NCBI RefSeq assembly: GCF_006345805.1 | Contig: NC_043002.1 | Span: 26,040,001-26,104,000 of the forward strand | Source: Octopus sinensis | Taxonomy: Eukaryota | Direction: 5' to 3' | DNA length: 64,000 nt | In this document: positions 1-14,186 of the stretch, one piece after another | Layout of the letters: every line of letters begins with the position of its first letter | Position numbering within the stretch: position 1 is the first letter of the stretch | Notes under the pieces: model-generated | The model's input: the letters and a program-made list of their open reading frames with translations, nothing else | The model's database searches: none | What the model was told of the DNA's origin: nothing | Position numbers and translations under genes: made by a program

Positions 1-10
1 TCTACATATG

Positions 11-191
11 TGGAGGCGCATGTATTAGTGGTTATAGTGTTGCACTCATTTTCGTAAGATTATGGTTTCGATTCCCGAAACGGGCGATACGTTGTATGTT
101 GAGTAAAACACTTCATTTCCTATTGTTCCAGTACAATCATCTGCCAAAAATGACTAATCTTACAATGGACCAGCGTCTCGTCTAGTGGGGG
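11..191 (+). mobile_element. Degenerate tRNA-derived SINE (same family as 1471-1717)
   Basis: tRNA-like head (A-box-like TATTAGTGG, B-box-like GTTTCGATTCC) followed by a body that aligns by eye with the reverse complement of 1471-1717. Confidence 0.75.
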
Positions 192-744
192 TGGGGAATA
201 TATACGCTATAGAATCTGGGAAATCGGTCTTATGATCCTATAAGGTAATGACCTTCGATACCTTCTGACACACACATAGAGATAAGAGTGTGAACATTCC
301 TATACGAAAAAGAGAGCGAGCGAATCTTCATATAATTCATGTACACGAGTGCGCATGTGTAAATTGACGCTTATACGTGTGCATGCGTATTTTTATCTTT
401 GCTTGGTACTCTTTATGTTTTACTTATTGGATCTGAAGGTGTTTTACTTATTGGAAGATGGACAGTGTCCAAAGCCCTTTCAGATCATCCTAGTTCGGCG
501 AAGTTAGTTTCATTAATGGTCCATTTGAACCTTTATAAATCAATGCCTTCTGGAAAGACGAGTAAACAGATAATTAATTGAAGAGGTTCGACGTTCTAGG
601 AAGGAAGGACCTGCAGTAGTGATTAGTATAGCGCCCGAGGTGGTGTGTTGATACAATAAGGGTTTTGATCGGATAAGTGGGTTATGAATACCAAACTCTG
701 AATGAGCCATTAGTGCATGCAGTCCTGTGTATGCACCATCAGTA

Positions 745-958
745 GGAGCACCACCAGCACCACCACCACCAATATCAGCACCACTACTACCACCACCACC
801 ACCACCACCAACGTCACAGTAGCACCACAAGCACCAGCAACACCATCGCTACCACCACCACCATCACCACCACCACCACCACCACCACCACCACCACTAC
901 TACCACTACCACCACCACCACGACGACATCGACGACGACGACCACCACAACCATCCCA
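745..958. repeat. Degenerate (ACC)n trinucleotide repeat
   Basis: Direct reading: CACCAC/CACTAC/CGACGA runs. Confidence 0.9.
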
Positions 959-1077
959 AATGTAAGAGCAATAGTCTAACGTGGACCCGACAAGAACTTA
1001 TTAAAGTGTCAAAAATTGTTTAAGAGAAGTGTTTGGGTCGGTGAGTGTAGTTGTGCAAAATAGTTAATCATCTGTGA

Positions 1078-1310
1078 GGGGGCATGAACTGGTGGATAGG
1101 AAATTGCACCCATGATCGCGGGATCGTAGTTTCATTTCCTGCCCCGTGTGGAACGACGTGATCTTGAGCAAAATACTCCGTCTTACGTTGCTCTGCAATC
1201 ATTTCGATTCTACACGTGAGGTACACTGTCCACCTGTTCTGGCAACATCACTTTGATTACTATAAACAAGTCATCTGTGCAGGTTATTCAAAAATAAATA
1301 GCAGAACCGT
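1078..1310 (+). mobile_element. Degenerate tRNA-derived SINE, same head as 1471-1717 but different body
   Basis: Head ...CATGATCGCGGGATCGTAGTTTCATTTCCTG...GATCTTGAGCAAAATACT...ACGTTGCTC resembles the other copies; the sequence diverges after GTTGCTC. Confidence 0.55.
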
Positions 1311-1470
1311 CTTTCTCCGACAAGAGACGAGCATCATCAATCCATTACCTAATAGGCTAACCACCGAATGACTTTACCTTTCAGAAAGCCCTACCACATA
1401 GCCTATTCTCATTCTTCCCAACTCATTGATTCGGTTCGACAAGTACTTTAATATCATGCAATACTTTATA

Positions 1471-1717
1471 AATAAATAAAACTAAATGCGCCCTTTTAAA
1501 GCCTAGCCAGGCTCATAGGCCCGGTTTCAGTGGCGTATGTGTTCCCCAGCTGGACGGGACACCAGTCCATCGCAGCGTTACTCATTTTTGCCAGCTGAGT
1601 GGACTGGAGCAACATGAAATGAAGTGTTTTGCTCAAGAACACAACGGTACATGAATCGAAACCACAATCTTACGATCATGATGCTGACACCCTAACCACT
1701 AAGCCACGCGCCTCCAC
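1471..1717 (-). mobile_element. Full-length tRNA-derived SINE with 13-bp target-site duplication
   Basis: Minus strand begins GTGGAGGCGCGTGGCTTAGTGGTTAGGGTG (A box), has GGTTTCGATTC (B box) and ends in a (TTTA)n tail. GCAATACTTTATA flanks it at 1458-1470 and 1718-1730. Confidence 0.92.
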
Positions 1718-2619
1718 GCAATACTTTATACTCATTGAAAATTAATGCAACAAACTGGGTCATATATAATTTTCATGCTGAATGTGGCGTGCATTGGCGA
1801 TCGAACCAGCAACCATGTCGCTGCAAATCGAACTTGTTAACTACTCAAGCCTTCATGCTTCAGTATATTTTTGTGCTTGGTATTTAGCAGATATAACATA
1901 AGAGCAGTATTAGTTTTTCTCACAACATAGATTCTGATAAACAAGCAGACAATACGAGCGTTTATGAAAATGTCATCTTCTACTGGAGGCAAACTAGTAA
2001 AAAACATCTCAACGTTGTTTAAACAAAACACTCTTTTAAATGGCAGTTTGTATCGTGTCATATAAAATATAATGGATATTCTGAAGAAGTAATAAAAAGC
2101 CCCAAACAAATTTGGCGGTCGTGTGTTTTTTTGTTATACATTTTATGAAAAGGCAACAGGATGTCTCGCACCATGTCTTATTCAGCTTTCCAGGAATGAC
2201 GATGCTCTCAGACAATTATACTCAAACAACCATTTCTTTTATACGAAATATATTTGGTTTAATTTCCTCTGGGTGTAGATGAGAAACAGAATGAGCAGAA
2301 TGTATATTTTTATGTTCATTTCTTGCAACTGTCTCGATTAATATCCCTCAGGAGAAAAACAAACAAACCAAGAACCAAAAACTAAAACAAAACACATGAA
2401 TACACAATAAAAAGTGCAACCGAAAAAGCAAGAAAAGAAAGATAAAACCAGCTACAGAACAATAACGGTTACAGAAATCTATAGAGGTTTAAGCATGTAA
2501 CTAGAACTCAATTCAGAAGATGGGATCATGAAATTAAAAATCTGCCGAGTTGTAAAAGCTCAATATCAAATATTGCAATTGATTCGCAAAATAAATACAG
2601 TGTTGGACAAAATAAGATG

Positions 2620-2750
2620 AGGTGTTTATTTAGTTACGATCCCTCACGTTATGATTTCTAGTTCTGCCAAGGTTGACTTTACCTTTAACTATCTCGAGGT
2701 TGATAAAATGAAACAGTAATCTAGTAGAGAGTTCGACACAATCGATTATA
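2620..2750 (+). mobile_element. Degenerate SINE fragment (AGGTTGACTTTACCTTT...GTTGATAAAATGA core)
   Basis: Core resembles the reverse complement of 62105-62290 and a common octopus SINE core. Confidence 0.5.
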
Positions 2751-2927
2751 TCTTTTCCTAAACATATTTAATCTCTTCTCTATATTAATAAATCAGTGTC
2801 AAACGTAAGCATGGTTGTGTTTAGGAAGTTTCATTTGCAACTAAACGCAACAGATCCAATCTCGACGCGTAGCATATTGGTTAGCCGTCATGTATGTATG
2901 TCGTTATGCATGTACTGATGGATGTAT

Positions 2928-2930
<3 letters not shown>

Positions 2931-2981
<51 letters not shown>

Positions 2982-2982
2982 A

Positions 2983-3014
<32 letters not shown>

Positions 3015-3060
3015 TACTGCACACACACATACACACACAATGCTCACACACACATACACG
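2931..3060. repeat. (CA)n microsatellite
   Basis: Direct reading. Confidence 0.95.
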
Positions 3061-3649
3061 CATTTAATAATATACATACATGTATATATGTGATATATGT
3101 GTGTACGTATATGTGTGTATACATAAACAAATGTATATATTTAGTTGCGAAAACTATAATACCTTATACATTCTTCATTGTTTATGAGTATACAGTACGA
3201 TTTGAGTGAGATTTATTTACTATTTCTACCGAATCGGTAACTAGTTAGGAACTCCAGCATTGGCTCTAAGCATTAAAGGTAAGAGATAGCAAGTAAGGGC
3301 TAGGATTATTCATTTCCTAAACCAGGTGAGGTCTAAGTTAAATTGCTTTGACCAAGAATGGATACAGTAGTGTAGTTCCGGAAGTCAGGATGAGCATATT
3401 AAAAGCTGTAACTTGATCTCTCATTTCGTCATCAAATTATATTTTACTGGTCAACGAGGGAGCATCTATCTATGGTTGTTATGCTTTTTAACTTCGTTCT
3501 TTGGTTCCTCAAATCTAAACTGTGGCGACCCATAGTTTGTTGAATGTCAAACTTATTAAGAAATACTGAAGAATTAATTTATGGAATGCTTTGGATACTT
3601 CTTGAATGAGCAACATATGAAAAGGTAAAATAAGGCATTTATCTCTCGT

Positions 3650-3892
3650 GTTCTAAGACTCATAGAACCTGGTTATTCTATTTCCATGGCGTATAACTAA
3701 CAAAGAACAACTAATTTCCTCTGAAGAGGACGCCAGCTGGTTCCAAAGTAACTCATTTAAGCTGAGTGGGCTGGAGCTACGTAAAATGAAGTGTTTTGTT
3801 CAAAACATAAAATCATCTCGGTCCGTGAATCGAAACCCTGTTCTTGCGATCGCGAGGGTAACGCCCTAACCACTAGGCCACATGCCTTCCAC
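3650..3892 (-). mobile_element. Degenerate tRNA-derived SINE (family of 1471-1717)
   Basis: Shares GCTGAGTGG(A/G)CTGGAGC..ATGAAGTGTTTTG and GAATCGAAACC...CCCTAACCACTA(A/G)GCCAC with 1471-1717. Confidence 0.8.
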
Positions 3893-4329
3893 AAATAAAC
3901 AAACTACAAGGAGTAACTTTTTGCGGATGGGATCCGAATTAGTTTTCCAAAACATTGTAAACGTATATTTGTTAGTTTCTATTTACTACTTTCGACATAC
4001 ACATCTATACAATAATCCAATTTTCCCCTCGCGGTAGAATTTTATATATCTATACAGACATCTATATGTAAGTACCTTACTTCTGGCAACTGAGTTGACA
4101 TTAAGTGTGGTGTATCCTGCCATGCGTATCTGATTTGTTTCTTAGTTTCTCAAGTTTTAGTCGCGAAGAAGAAAAAAAAAACAAACTACTTACCTGTTAA
4201 TTATTCCGAAAATAATTAGATTGATGTGATTGTGAGTAGAAAGACTAATAATAAATCTAGAAATACTCATATATCTCTATTTTTCCGTGTACGTGTATTT
4301 GTGTATGCATATAAATACACGTACATGGT

Positions 4330-4500
4330 TGTATGTATGTATGTATGTATGTATGTATGTATGTATGTATGTATGTATGTATGTGTATGTATGTATGTAT
4401 GTATATATGTATGTGTGTGTGTGTAGATACTGGTGTGTAGGTATCTGTGTGTGTGTGTGTGTTGATACTGGTGTGTAGGTATGTGTGTATGTACATGTAT
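4330..4500. repeat. (TATG)n/(TG)n compound microsatellite
   Basis: Direct reading. Confidence 0.9.
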
Positions 4501-4948
4501 ATCTATATAGTTATGTGAAAACGCCTTCATTAATTATAGGATAGTTCATTATATGCTTAAATGAATCTATGAGAGTTGAATTGTTGCTCACTTCTGGATG
4601 CACTGATCTTTATAGCTGAAACAGCTGTAAGCCAATGAAAGTAGTTCCGAAACTCGTGTTTGTTTTATTATTTATTAATTAATAATAATGTTCTGTACTT
4701 TTATTGTGCTGTAAATAAGAGGTGAGAGGAGAGAATGTCTATTAATTCGTACAACCTCTCAGCTGCAGCTTATGAATACCGTGTATTATTACTATATCGA
4801 GGTCTAACAACCAGTTATTAGTCTCGTTTAATGAACATTTACTCTTATAAAAGGTATTGAGTAATTTGAGGTTAAAGTGAAATGATTTTCATAGTTTTTA
4901 TATAAGATGATCTAAAAATATGCAGTAATATATATATATATATATAAT

Positions 4949-4980
<32 letters not shown>

Positions 4981-5153
4981 ATACACTGACACACACAAAA
5001 TATAAAACACACAAACACGCACGCACACATGCACCCAGACGCACACACAAATATGCGCAAACAACAAGCATATAAGCATACAGAGCCTTGTGAGTGGATT
5101 TGGTAGATGGTAATTGAAAGATAATTGAATGCACACACATACACACACACATA

Positions 5154-6010
5154 CAGGGTGTTCGGGTTAAATTTGACAGTTTGCATAAAAATAAAGTATT
5201 TTAAAAAAGTCAAAGAGTACCAACTAAATTGTGACTGGGAAATAACAGTTTACTTAAAGTAGCTGCTCTAAGAGTGCATCACAACGTCAAGACGGGTCCG
5301 GAACCTGGCGCATCCGTTCCTCATTGTGTCCCTGGGAAGATCTTTGGACATCTTCTTGAGCTTGGTCACCAGATCAGCATTTGTGTAACAGCAGAGCAGT
5401 TGGTGTCTTTTTCAATCTTGCTCAGCACAGTAATCCATAAGAAATTCTCCGACGACCAGTTCTGGCAGTTACCGGAGGTATAGCAAGGACTCGAATCCTG
5501 CTGTCACACATATGACTTTCGACAGGCAAACCTCTCCAGACATGGGGATTGACCATTGTCTCCAACAACTTCACATAGCCACCTGAATTAAGCCTAAGAC
5601 TCTGCTCGAAGATATAGGGCTGTATGGCACGACCCTCTTTGGAGAAATACCCAAAGAACATCACAGTTTGAGGAGATTAGTTTTCATGGTACTTGTGGCA
5701 TCACGTGGATTGTAAGGAAGACAGCAGTTGCACTGGCTGTTGCGCAAATGGTCCTAGCAGAAATTTTTTTTTCAACTGAGAACGAGATTATTCCTGGCAC
5801 AACTGGAAGACTCATCTTGATCTGTAGCTTCTTTGTCTTTGCCAAGCAATCATAGAGTGTCAAAATTTGCCCATTGTATCTCTTCTACGAATGGGAGCCA
5901 AAGTCCTCATTCAGGGCCAGTTACATGGTGGCGACTCCAACGCTCATTTCTTTCTCCAAAACACGGATTCTCTTGCTGGGATCTCCCATCATATTAATCT
6001 CACTTTGTTG
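5154..6010 (-). mobile_element. maT-like (DD37D-type) Tc1/mariner transposase relic; 3' TIR present, 5' end missing
   Basis: Minus-strand translation fragments MGDPSKRIRVLEKEMSVGVATM, GQILT, VMFFGYFSKEG, LRLNSGGYVKLLE, QQDSSPCYTS resemble maT/Bmmar1-type transposases. The terminus TA|CAGGGTGTTCGGGTTAAA at 5152 matches the TIR of 43705-44558. Multiple stops and frameshifts. Confidence 0.8.
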
Positions 6011-6624
6011 GGCGGACCCAACAACTTAAAATACACAGATATACGTACACGAACACACACCTACACATAATACATATACATACATACATACATACATACA
6101 TACATACATACATACATACATACCATACATGCATGCATACATACATACATACACACACACGCACACACACACACATATATATATATATTCAGATGAATAT
6201 GATACATAAGTTGAGGCACCAGAATTTAGTACGGTATTATCCATACAATTTCAAAGTAAGGTGATTATAATCAAAATAAGCAAAAGAATATCCAGAAGTA
6301 ATGCAACTCCATTTAATTAAACAATGCAATCATTACACCAATTTAAATGTACAGCAATCCTCAGCTGCACAAAGACATAGAATGTAATTAAATTAAAAGA
6401 GATGGACACATTAGTATAATTATACCTAAAATCTCGAAGAAGTTAAGAAGATAGACAAAGAACATGTTGCCTTCCCTCCAGCATAGAACCTACTCTTTTA
6501 TATATGTATATATATATATATATACTGAGGGAGAGAGAGGGAGGGAGAGAGAGGGAGGAAAAGAGAGGGAGGGAGGGAAGAAGAGAGAGGGAGAGAAAGA
6601 GATCTATGCATGTATTTGTGTTTG

Positions 6625-6820
6625 TCGCACACCACCATCTGACAACCGGTGTTGGTTTGTTTACGTTCCTGTAACTGCAGTTCAGCAAAAGAGGCCGATA
6701 GAATAAGTACGCGGCGTAAAATAAGAACTGTAGTGTGGGTGGGTTGGGGGCGTCCGATTAAAACTTTCAAGGCAATGTCCTAACGTTGCCGCAGTTCAAT
6801 GACTGAAACAAGTAAAAAGT
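6625..6820 (+). mobile_element. 3' half of SINE (family of 45684-46103)
   Basis: GACAACCGGTGTTGG...CGATAGAATAAGTAC...CCGCAGTTCAATGACTGAAACAAGTAAAA matches the 3' half of 45684-46103. Confidence 0.8.
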
Positions 6821-7003
6821 AGAGATATTTATAATATACATATATACATACAAGTATACGTACGTTCGCGCGCGTACAAATGCACGCATCTATTTAATGC
6901 TTTGTGTTATAGGATTGTAACTCTATTGGAGACGACCATCAAGGGATCAGTCGATTATATATAATAATATATATATATATAATTATATATATATATATAT
7001 ATA

Positions 7004-7046
<43 letters not shown>

Positions 7047-7875
7047 TACTACTACTATTTTTATCAATACATAAGTTATGTGGGATAAAACTGGACTCGT
7101 GCACATGCACACACGTACACACACACACAGAGGATAATAATATATGCACACTCATACACAACACACGTATACGGAGTTTCTTCCTCCCGAATTATTTCCA
7201 GATTCATTGGTCAACACGAACAAGATAACTGTGGGTTGTACCATGAAAATGGCCAAAGGCAAACACAAGAACTTGCACAGCGAACGCCTTCACAATACTA
7301 TCATACTTATCTTTTCATGAATGCTTCTGTATCTAGGTGAGAAAAATACCGAGAAACTTCTGCTCGAGTTTCATACACACTCTGTTGTTTTACGGACGAC
7401 AAAATCACGCCATAATACAAATGCGGTTTTCAAAAGGATTTTCCCTTGCCCCACTTGCTTTCAGAAATGAACCACTGATTGTTAAGCATGGTACCTTATA
7501 TAAATTACATAAATAAACTTACTGCATTAAAAAAACGAAATTATCTCTGTTTGTAATTATTTGTATATTAGCATTAAATTACTAGTAGATTCGCCCTGGT
7601 TTTGTTGCTATTAGCCTCGCCATCAATTAGAAAGAGTTCTTACAAAGAAATCAATATATTCCATTAAAATACGAAGCACAGTAACTGCGACAGGCAATAG
7701 TCATCGATAATATAAGTTATTGATTCAACCGTGGTACAGTAAGAGCAGTAAAGCACTCGAGTTCAACACTTAAAAGACTTCAGGGTCAACATAGACATTT
7801 ATAAATACAATCAACTTAGTATTAGGACATTTGTCAATTGAGGCCTCTTATAAGATTATGAAATTATTTACGGTG

Positions 7876-7915
<40 letters not shown>

Positions 7916-7954
7916 ACCAAAATTGACCGCTAACTCAACAAGTTTTTAAAAATT

Positions 7955-8086
7955 CTCTAGTGTTCCTTTCTGTTGATCAGCGTAGGCTAGAAACGTAAAA
8001 GACTTTCTTACTCTCCCGAGCATCAAGCTAATACACCTGGTTTTTTTATACACCTGTCTTCGTCTTTTGTCTTATTCTATAAATTC

Positions 8087-8090
<4 letters not shown>
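7955..8090 (+). mobile_element. Short PLE-terminus-like unit with hammerhead-like motif, abutting (TA)n
   Basis: CCTTT CTGTTGA TCAGC GTAG GCTA GAAA CGTA AAAGA, then ...CACCTGTCTTCGTCTTTTGT...AAATTCAACTATATA. Homologous to copies at 22.3, 23.1, 35.7, 46.6, 48.3, 49.7 and 63.3 kb. Confidence 0.7.
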
Positions 8091-8185
<95 letters not shown>

Positions 8186-8256
8186 TATGTATATATATAT
8201 ATGTATATATAAATATATGTATGTATATATGTATATATATATATATATGTATGTAG

Positions 8257-8297
<41 letters not shown>

Positions 8298-8382
8298 TAT
8301 AATATATATATATAAAATAGTATATATATATATATATATATATATAAATATATGTATATATATGGTATAATATATATGTATG

Positions 8383-8413
<31 letters not shown>

Positions 8414-8830
8414 GTATGTATATATATATATATGTATGTATATATATATATATATATTAAATATATGTATATATGTATGTATATATTATATATAAATATA
8501 TGTATATACATATGTATATATATGTATGTATATATGTACGTATATATGTTTATATATATATATAGATGTATATATATATATGTACGTATATATGTATATA
8601 TATATATATATGTATGTATATATGTATATATATATATGTATATACGTATATATATATATACGTAGTATATATATATGTATGTATATATATATATGTATAT
8701 ATATATATGTATATATGTATATACGTATATATAATATATATATATACATATATACATGAAAATATATATATATATGTAATATGTATATATATATATAGTA
8801 TGTATATATGTATATATATATGTATATATG

Positions 8831-8861
<31 letters not shown>

Positions 8862-8925
8862 ATATGTATATATATATATATTATATATATATATATTATA
8901 TATATTATATATATATACACACACA
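8090..8925. repeat. ~830-bp degenerate (TA)n/(TATG)n microsatellite
   Basis: Direct reading. Confidence 0.95.
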
Positions 8926-10925
8926 TACCTGCATACGTATGTATCTGATATAAATATAATTTCTATAGGTATATATACATATGATTCAAAAACTAGAATA
9001 TCTTGATAAGTAGAAAAATAATGTGTAAATATTTATTGTAGAATTAAATTTATTCTCAGTTAGTATTCAGAATAAAGCATTCACAGATGACACTATTGTT
9101 CACGTAATCGATTACTGATACTTGAGACATGTTGTTTATTACAAACATATTGAAAACAAAACATAAAAGAAAATTGAAAAGAATATAAACCAAAATGACG
9201 TACATGTGAATAAAATAGAAAAAACGTTTATACATGAAACTGCTTTCATACAAACATTAGTATATGCGACAATACCGGCGAAAAGGTACATGCATATACA
9301 TGCACCTAGGAAGCACAGTTACTGCGACTTGTAGGAAAATACATTGCGAGATATATTTGATTTTTGGTAATCAAGAATATCGTCTACTTCCTGTATTTCA
9401 AATATTTTTTTTCAGTTGGTGTTTAACTGTCTACTTGTCATCATATCTGTAAAAATGTGTCCGAGTATGTATCTGTTTATATCTATGTCTATTTGTTACT
9501 TTTTCATCGATTCATATATTCATCTGTTAACTTATTTTTCAGTTTTTACTTAACAACGAGAAAGCACACCAGCGTTGCCCGGGTGTTATAACCTACAGCC
9601 ATATTTTATTATTTGTTCCTTTCTTATGGGCAGAATCGGCATACGAGGAGTATCCTGCAAGCAACTATTCTTTATAAACATGTTTTCCGATTATTTTCTG
9701 CTGAATAATACCGAAATGTTTGACACCAAAAACATGTAAAATGGCAGCTTAGATTAGAAGGAAATCCTAACATTGCCCCCAAAATGATCTCAACATTGGG
9801 CGACCCAGAATCGTTTTGGTGTCATTTTTCGTAGTAAAATAGGGTTACTGTTAAAAAAACTTACTTTCTACTGGAAGCCGAAAGATTGCTCAATCGTTAG
9901 ATATCTCATACAGCAATATTGGCCACTCAGTTTCCTGGCTACAAGTCGGGTAATACAGAAGCTGAAATAGTTCTTACCCGTCGCATAATATTTATTGATA
10001 AATGTGAAGAACACACACACACACACACCACACACACATATATATATATATATATATTAGCTTCCCCCAATGAAAAGTCGATGATCAAAAGTATAATGGT
10101 TTTCTGCAAGCATATTTGTTATCAGCATATATCAATAATGGGGCCAACAGAAGAAAAAAAGGATTCTTTGGGCTGTATATATATGTACATATATAAGGAT
10201 ATGAGTAAAAAGGATTAGTGATGAGGGCAGTTCGACATAAATGTATAGGGACGCTGTGATTCATAAAAATAAATGGGTTATACTGGTATGCAGATGTGGG
10301 GCAGTAGTAATGGAGCGATGTTGGTTTCATGGCTGCTGAACGGTGAAAGCGTAAGAAATGAAGTAATGCATATTCATAAGTTGCACGAGAAAAGTATGCA
10401 ATCGAGACTTAGGGATGTAAAGAAACTGATGCCGAATGAAGACGTAGAAATATCGGTATTGGAGAAAGTAAGGTACATGGAAATAAAGCTGCTTCATTGT
10501 GACAAAAACCTATTTCTGTAATGTTTGAGCAAATTGCCCTCTTTAGCAAATATTCAGTGAAGCTGTCAACGCTTCGAAACAATCGAAAAACAGTGGGTTG
10601 GGGGTATATTTAAAAAAAAAAACATTATTGGATGATCGTATTAATCCCATTTGTGAAAATTCTTAAAAATAAAAACGAAAACGCCGACCTTTTTTTTATA
10701 TTTTGTAATTCGTGATTGTGATAAGCGTATTTAAAAACTTGAATCTTCGATATAAGCTTAAAAGGAAGTTTTTTTTCCAGAAATTGTGCCGTTTAGCTGT
10801 TGGTTTTAGCATGTCGGACGTGACATTTGCGCCCCATTTTTTTTTCCCAAAATTTCTTCGAGTTCCTATGTTTTTGATATAAGAGATTGGGATTTTACCC
10901 CAGAAAACAAGTTTTAAAATTTTAA

Positions 10926-10926
<1 letters not shown>

Positions 10927-10999
<73 letters not shown>

Positions 11000-11137
11000 C
11001 ATACATATATATATATAAATCAAAGGTAACATATGCGATAACACAAAATAGGCAAACAAGACCGAAATATGATACACGGCCCATTCGCAGTAGATTTCCT
11101 CATCAATCGGTTTCTGGAAAGTCTCTCTCTTTCTCTC

Positions 11138-11211
<74 letters not shown>

Positions 11212-11234
11212 TATATATATATATATATACATAC

Positions 11235-11270
<36 letters not shown>
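10927..11270. repeat. (ATCT)n and (TA)n microsatellites
   Basis: Direct reading. Confidence 0.9.
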
Positions 11271-11273
<3 letters not shown>

Positions 11274-11502
11274 AGTGAATTGAGGAAAAATAATATTAAA
11301 ATTCAAAAATATTAAATTCAATTATCCGCACCAACGCACGGTTGCAACACCATATGGTTTATACCTCCAGCCGTGCTGTCTTCTGCTGGTTTTTGCTACC
11401 AAGGTATCGGTTAAACTTTTGATTAATCTGCAACAAGATTATTCATCTTCTATTTCACAAAATATATATATATATATACATACATATATATATATATATA
11501 TT

Positions 11503-11543
<41 letters not shown>

Positions 11544-11876
11544 CTATATATATATATATAATATACTTTATTTTAAGCAGCAGAAAATTCAACAAAATCT
11601 GTTACTCTGAGTTTCTCGTTGCCGTTCATCAGACAGTTTTTGCTAGAATGGAACATATATATTAATTCAATCTATACTCTACAAACGCTACACCTAAAAA
11701 AGAAATGGACTTGTTTGATTGCCTTTAGAAAAAACGGTCAATCTTCGAGCGATAACAAAAAGGTCAAAAATATATGTATATATATATAAAAAAACTTATA
11801 AAAATTATAAAATTATAAAATCCGAGGAAAAAACCGAGGAAAAACCTATTGCCGTTATGAAGACAGTATATATATG

Positions 11877-11951
<75 letters not shown>

Positions 11952-11972
11952 TACATATATATATATACTACA

Positions 11973-12028
<56 letters not shown>

Positions 12029-12040
12029 CTATATATAATA

Positions 12041-12072
<32 letters not shown>

Positions 12073-12614
12073 CGTATTCATCTAAATACACAACATGTGA
12101 ATGTGTATATGTGATAGTCTGGTTGAGATGAAATGCAAATATATATTTTATATTAATCAGAATATATTTAATTTTCATTGTGACTGTTGTATATAAGAAG
12201 ATAGCTGAATTCTATTAACTTTCTTCAAACTACAGATATTGTCTTCGTATCCAATGCCTTGTTAATAAATACGCTGAATATTAGTTAATGTAAGCGGAAA
12301 TCGTCGATCATCACCAACGAATAATAGTTCTACTATGACGTTACATAAATCTTTCAAGCGATAAATGTCAATTTCATGTTAGATTTAACACGATCAAACT
12401 GTAATCAACCGAAGTGTCATGCAGATGTATCATAATCACCTCACCAATGCATCAAAACCATAAATTTACTGAGTAAGTGACGGGAGATTTATCCAGCGTG
12501 ATCGTCTGATCTGCTAGAAATACTAACCAAATCTTATCCCAAATTCCACTATCTCCTACTTTAATAATAATTTAATAGTGTTTTCATAATTTGTATATAT
12601 ACACACACAACACA

Positions 12615-12669
<55 letters not shown>

Positions 12670-12723
12670 ATTATAATATATATATAATATATATATATAT
12701 GTGTGGTGGTGTGTGTGTGTGTG

Positions 12724-13925
12724 TTAGGTTGGCAACTAAGTTCCTGCCGTTATTTTATATTTTGGAATTTATTGAGTTTTTAAATTTTGGAATCTAGTGT
12801 CTTCAAGAATTCTATTTTTGAATCATTTTGGAGTCTATTTTTTTCTAGTTAATTTTGGTTAATTTTTGTTTATTTTGAGATAATTAAAATGGAATGTCTT
12901 TTTGCTTTTAATCAAGGTTCTAAGGCCGCAAAAGCTGCTCGCAACATTTGTGCTGTGTATGAAGAGGGTGCCATAGCTGAAAGAACTGCTCGTGATTTGT
13001 ATGCCAAGTTCAAAAATGGAAATTTTGATCTCAAAGCCGCACCTCGTTCTCGCCGTCCAGTTAAGTTCGATGAAGCGCGATAAAACCAACTTTTGCACGA
13101 AAATTATCGTCAAACAACGGAACTGGCAGAGAAAATGGAATGCTCCCACTGCTATAGAGAAGCATCTTCACCCGATAGGAGAAGTTCAGAAGTACGGAGC
13201 ATGGATTCCGCATGCTTTAAGTGACAACAACAAAATTCAACGAGCCACAATCTCCGCTGGTTTGCTTGCTCTTCACTGCTCAACTCATGGACGCAAGCAA
13301 CGATTTCTTTACCGAAGCGTTACTAGCAACGAAAAATGGTGCCTGTACATCAATATGAAGCAGCATAGGGAATGGTTCAGCCCCAGTAAACAAGCGAAAC
13401 CGCATGTGAAACAAGATCTTCACCCGCGTAAAACGATGTTGTGTGTATGGTGGGGCTGGGAAGGGATTATCTATTACGAATTGCTTGAGCGGAACCAAAC
13501 GGTCAACACGGAACTCTATGTTCAACAGATGGAACGACTCAACACGGCTATTCAAGAGAAAAGACCTAATCGGCAGCATGGAATTCTTCTGCTGCCCAAC
13601 AATACCCGCCCTCATATCGCCAATATGACCAAGGAAGCCATTCAAACGCATGGCCAGGAAGTGCTGCCACACTCGCTGATTTGGCACCAACGGATTTCCA
13701 CCTCTTTCGATCTGTTTTAAATGGTATGCGCAGAATTTCTTTTAATACTGATGCAGAATTGAGAGCTTCGTTGGATCAATTTTTCGAGTCGAAATCGAGT
13801 GATTTCTACCAACAAGCTATTGAAAATCTTGTTGAACGTTGGGAAGAAGTTGTAAACAACAAGGGTGAATACATTATTGATTAATTAGTTGTTATTAAAC
13901 CTTTTAAAAAATATAAAAAAACGGC
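12724..13925 (+). mobile_element. Near full-length mariner (DD34D-type) element with pseudogenised transposase (~12889-13884)
   Basis: Motifs AARNICAVY..GAIAERTAR, FKNGNFDL, PRSRRP, WIPHAL, VTSNEKW, KTMLCVWW, YYELL, NNTRPH (from HDNARPH), APTDFHLFRS, NNKGEYIID. Left TIR TTAGGTTGGCAACTAAGTTCCTGCCGTTATTTTATATTTT; right TIR remnant AAAATATAAAAAAACGGC. In-frame stop and frameshifts. Confidence 0.95.
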
Positions 13926-14153
13926 GTAATACACACACACACACACACATATAAATAAATAAATAAATAAATATATATAAATGCGTAACGATTACTGCGA
14001 GAATGACATTCATTACAAGTCTCCTTGATCAAGCTTGATTAGGAGCTCAGCACACAAATTCTCATGTAGTGACTCCTGATAAACGAAAGGTTGCCCTACT
14101 TGTTCGAAATAGCAGACGAACCATTGGTAAATATAGCCCTACAGCCATAAAAA

Positions 14154-14186
<33 letters not shown>

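Noticed and set aside
717-965. Plus-strand formin-like proline-rich exon ending at an AT|GTAAGA donor
   Set aside because: The Pro frame shifts mid-repeat and has upstream stops; explained by the (ACC)n repeat.
7581-7860. Minus-strand Helitron 3' end (…GGGCGAATCTACTAG) with helicase remnant
   Set aside because: The CTAG end is plausible but the hairpin is broken and no helicase motif could be read.
10273-10521. 82-aa ORF as RTE LINE fragment
   Set aside because: Faint similarity only; key RLRW.GH motif is not intact.
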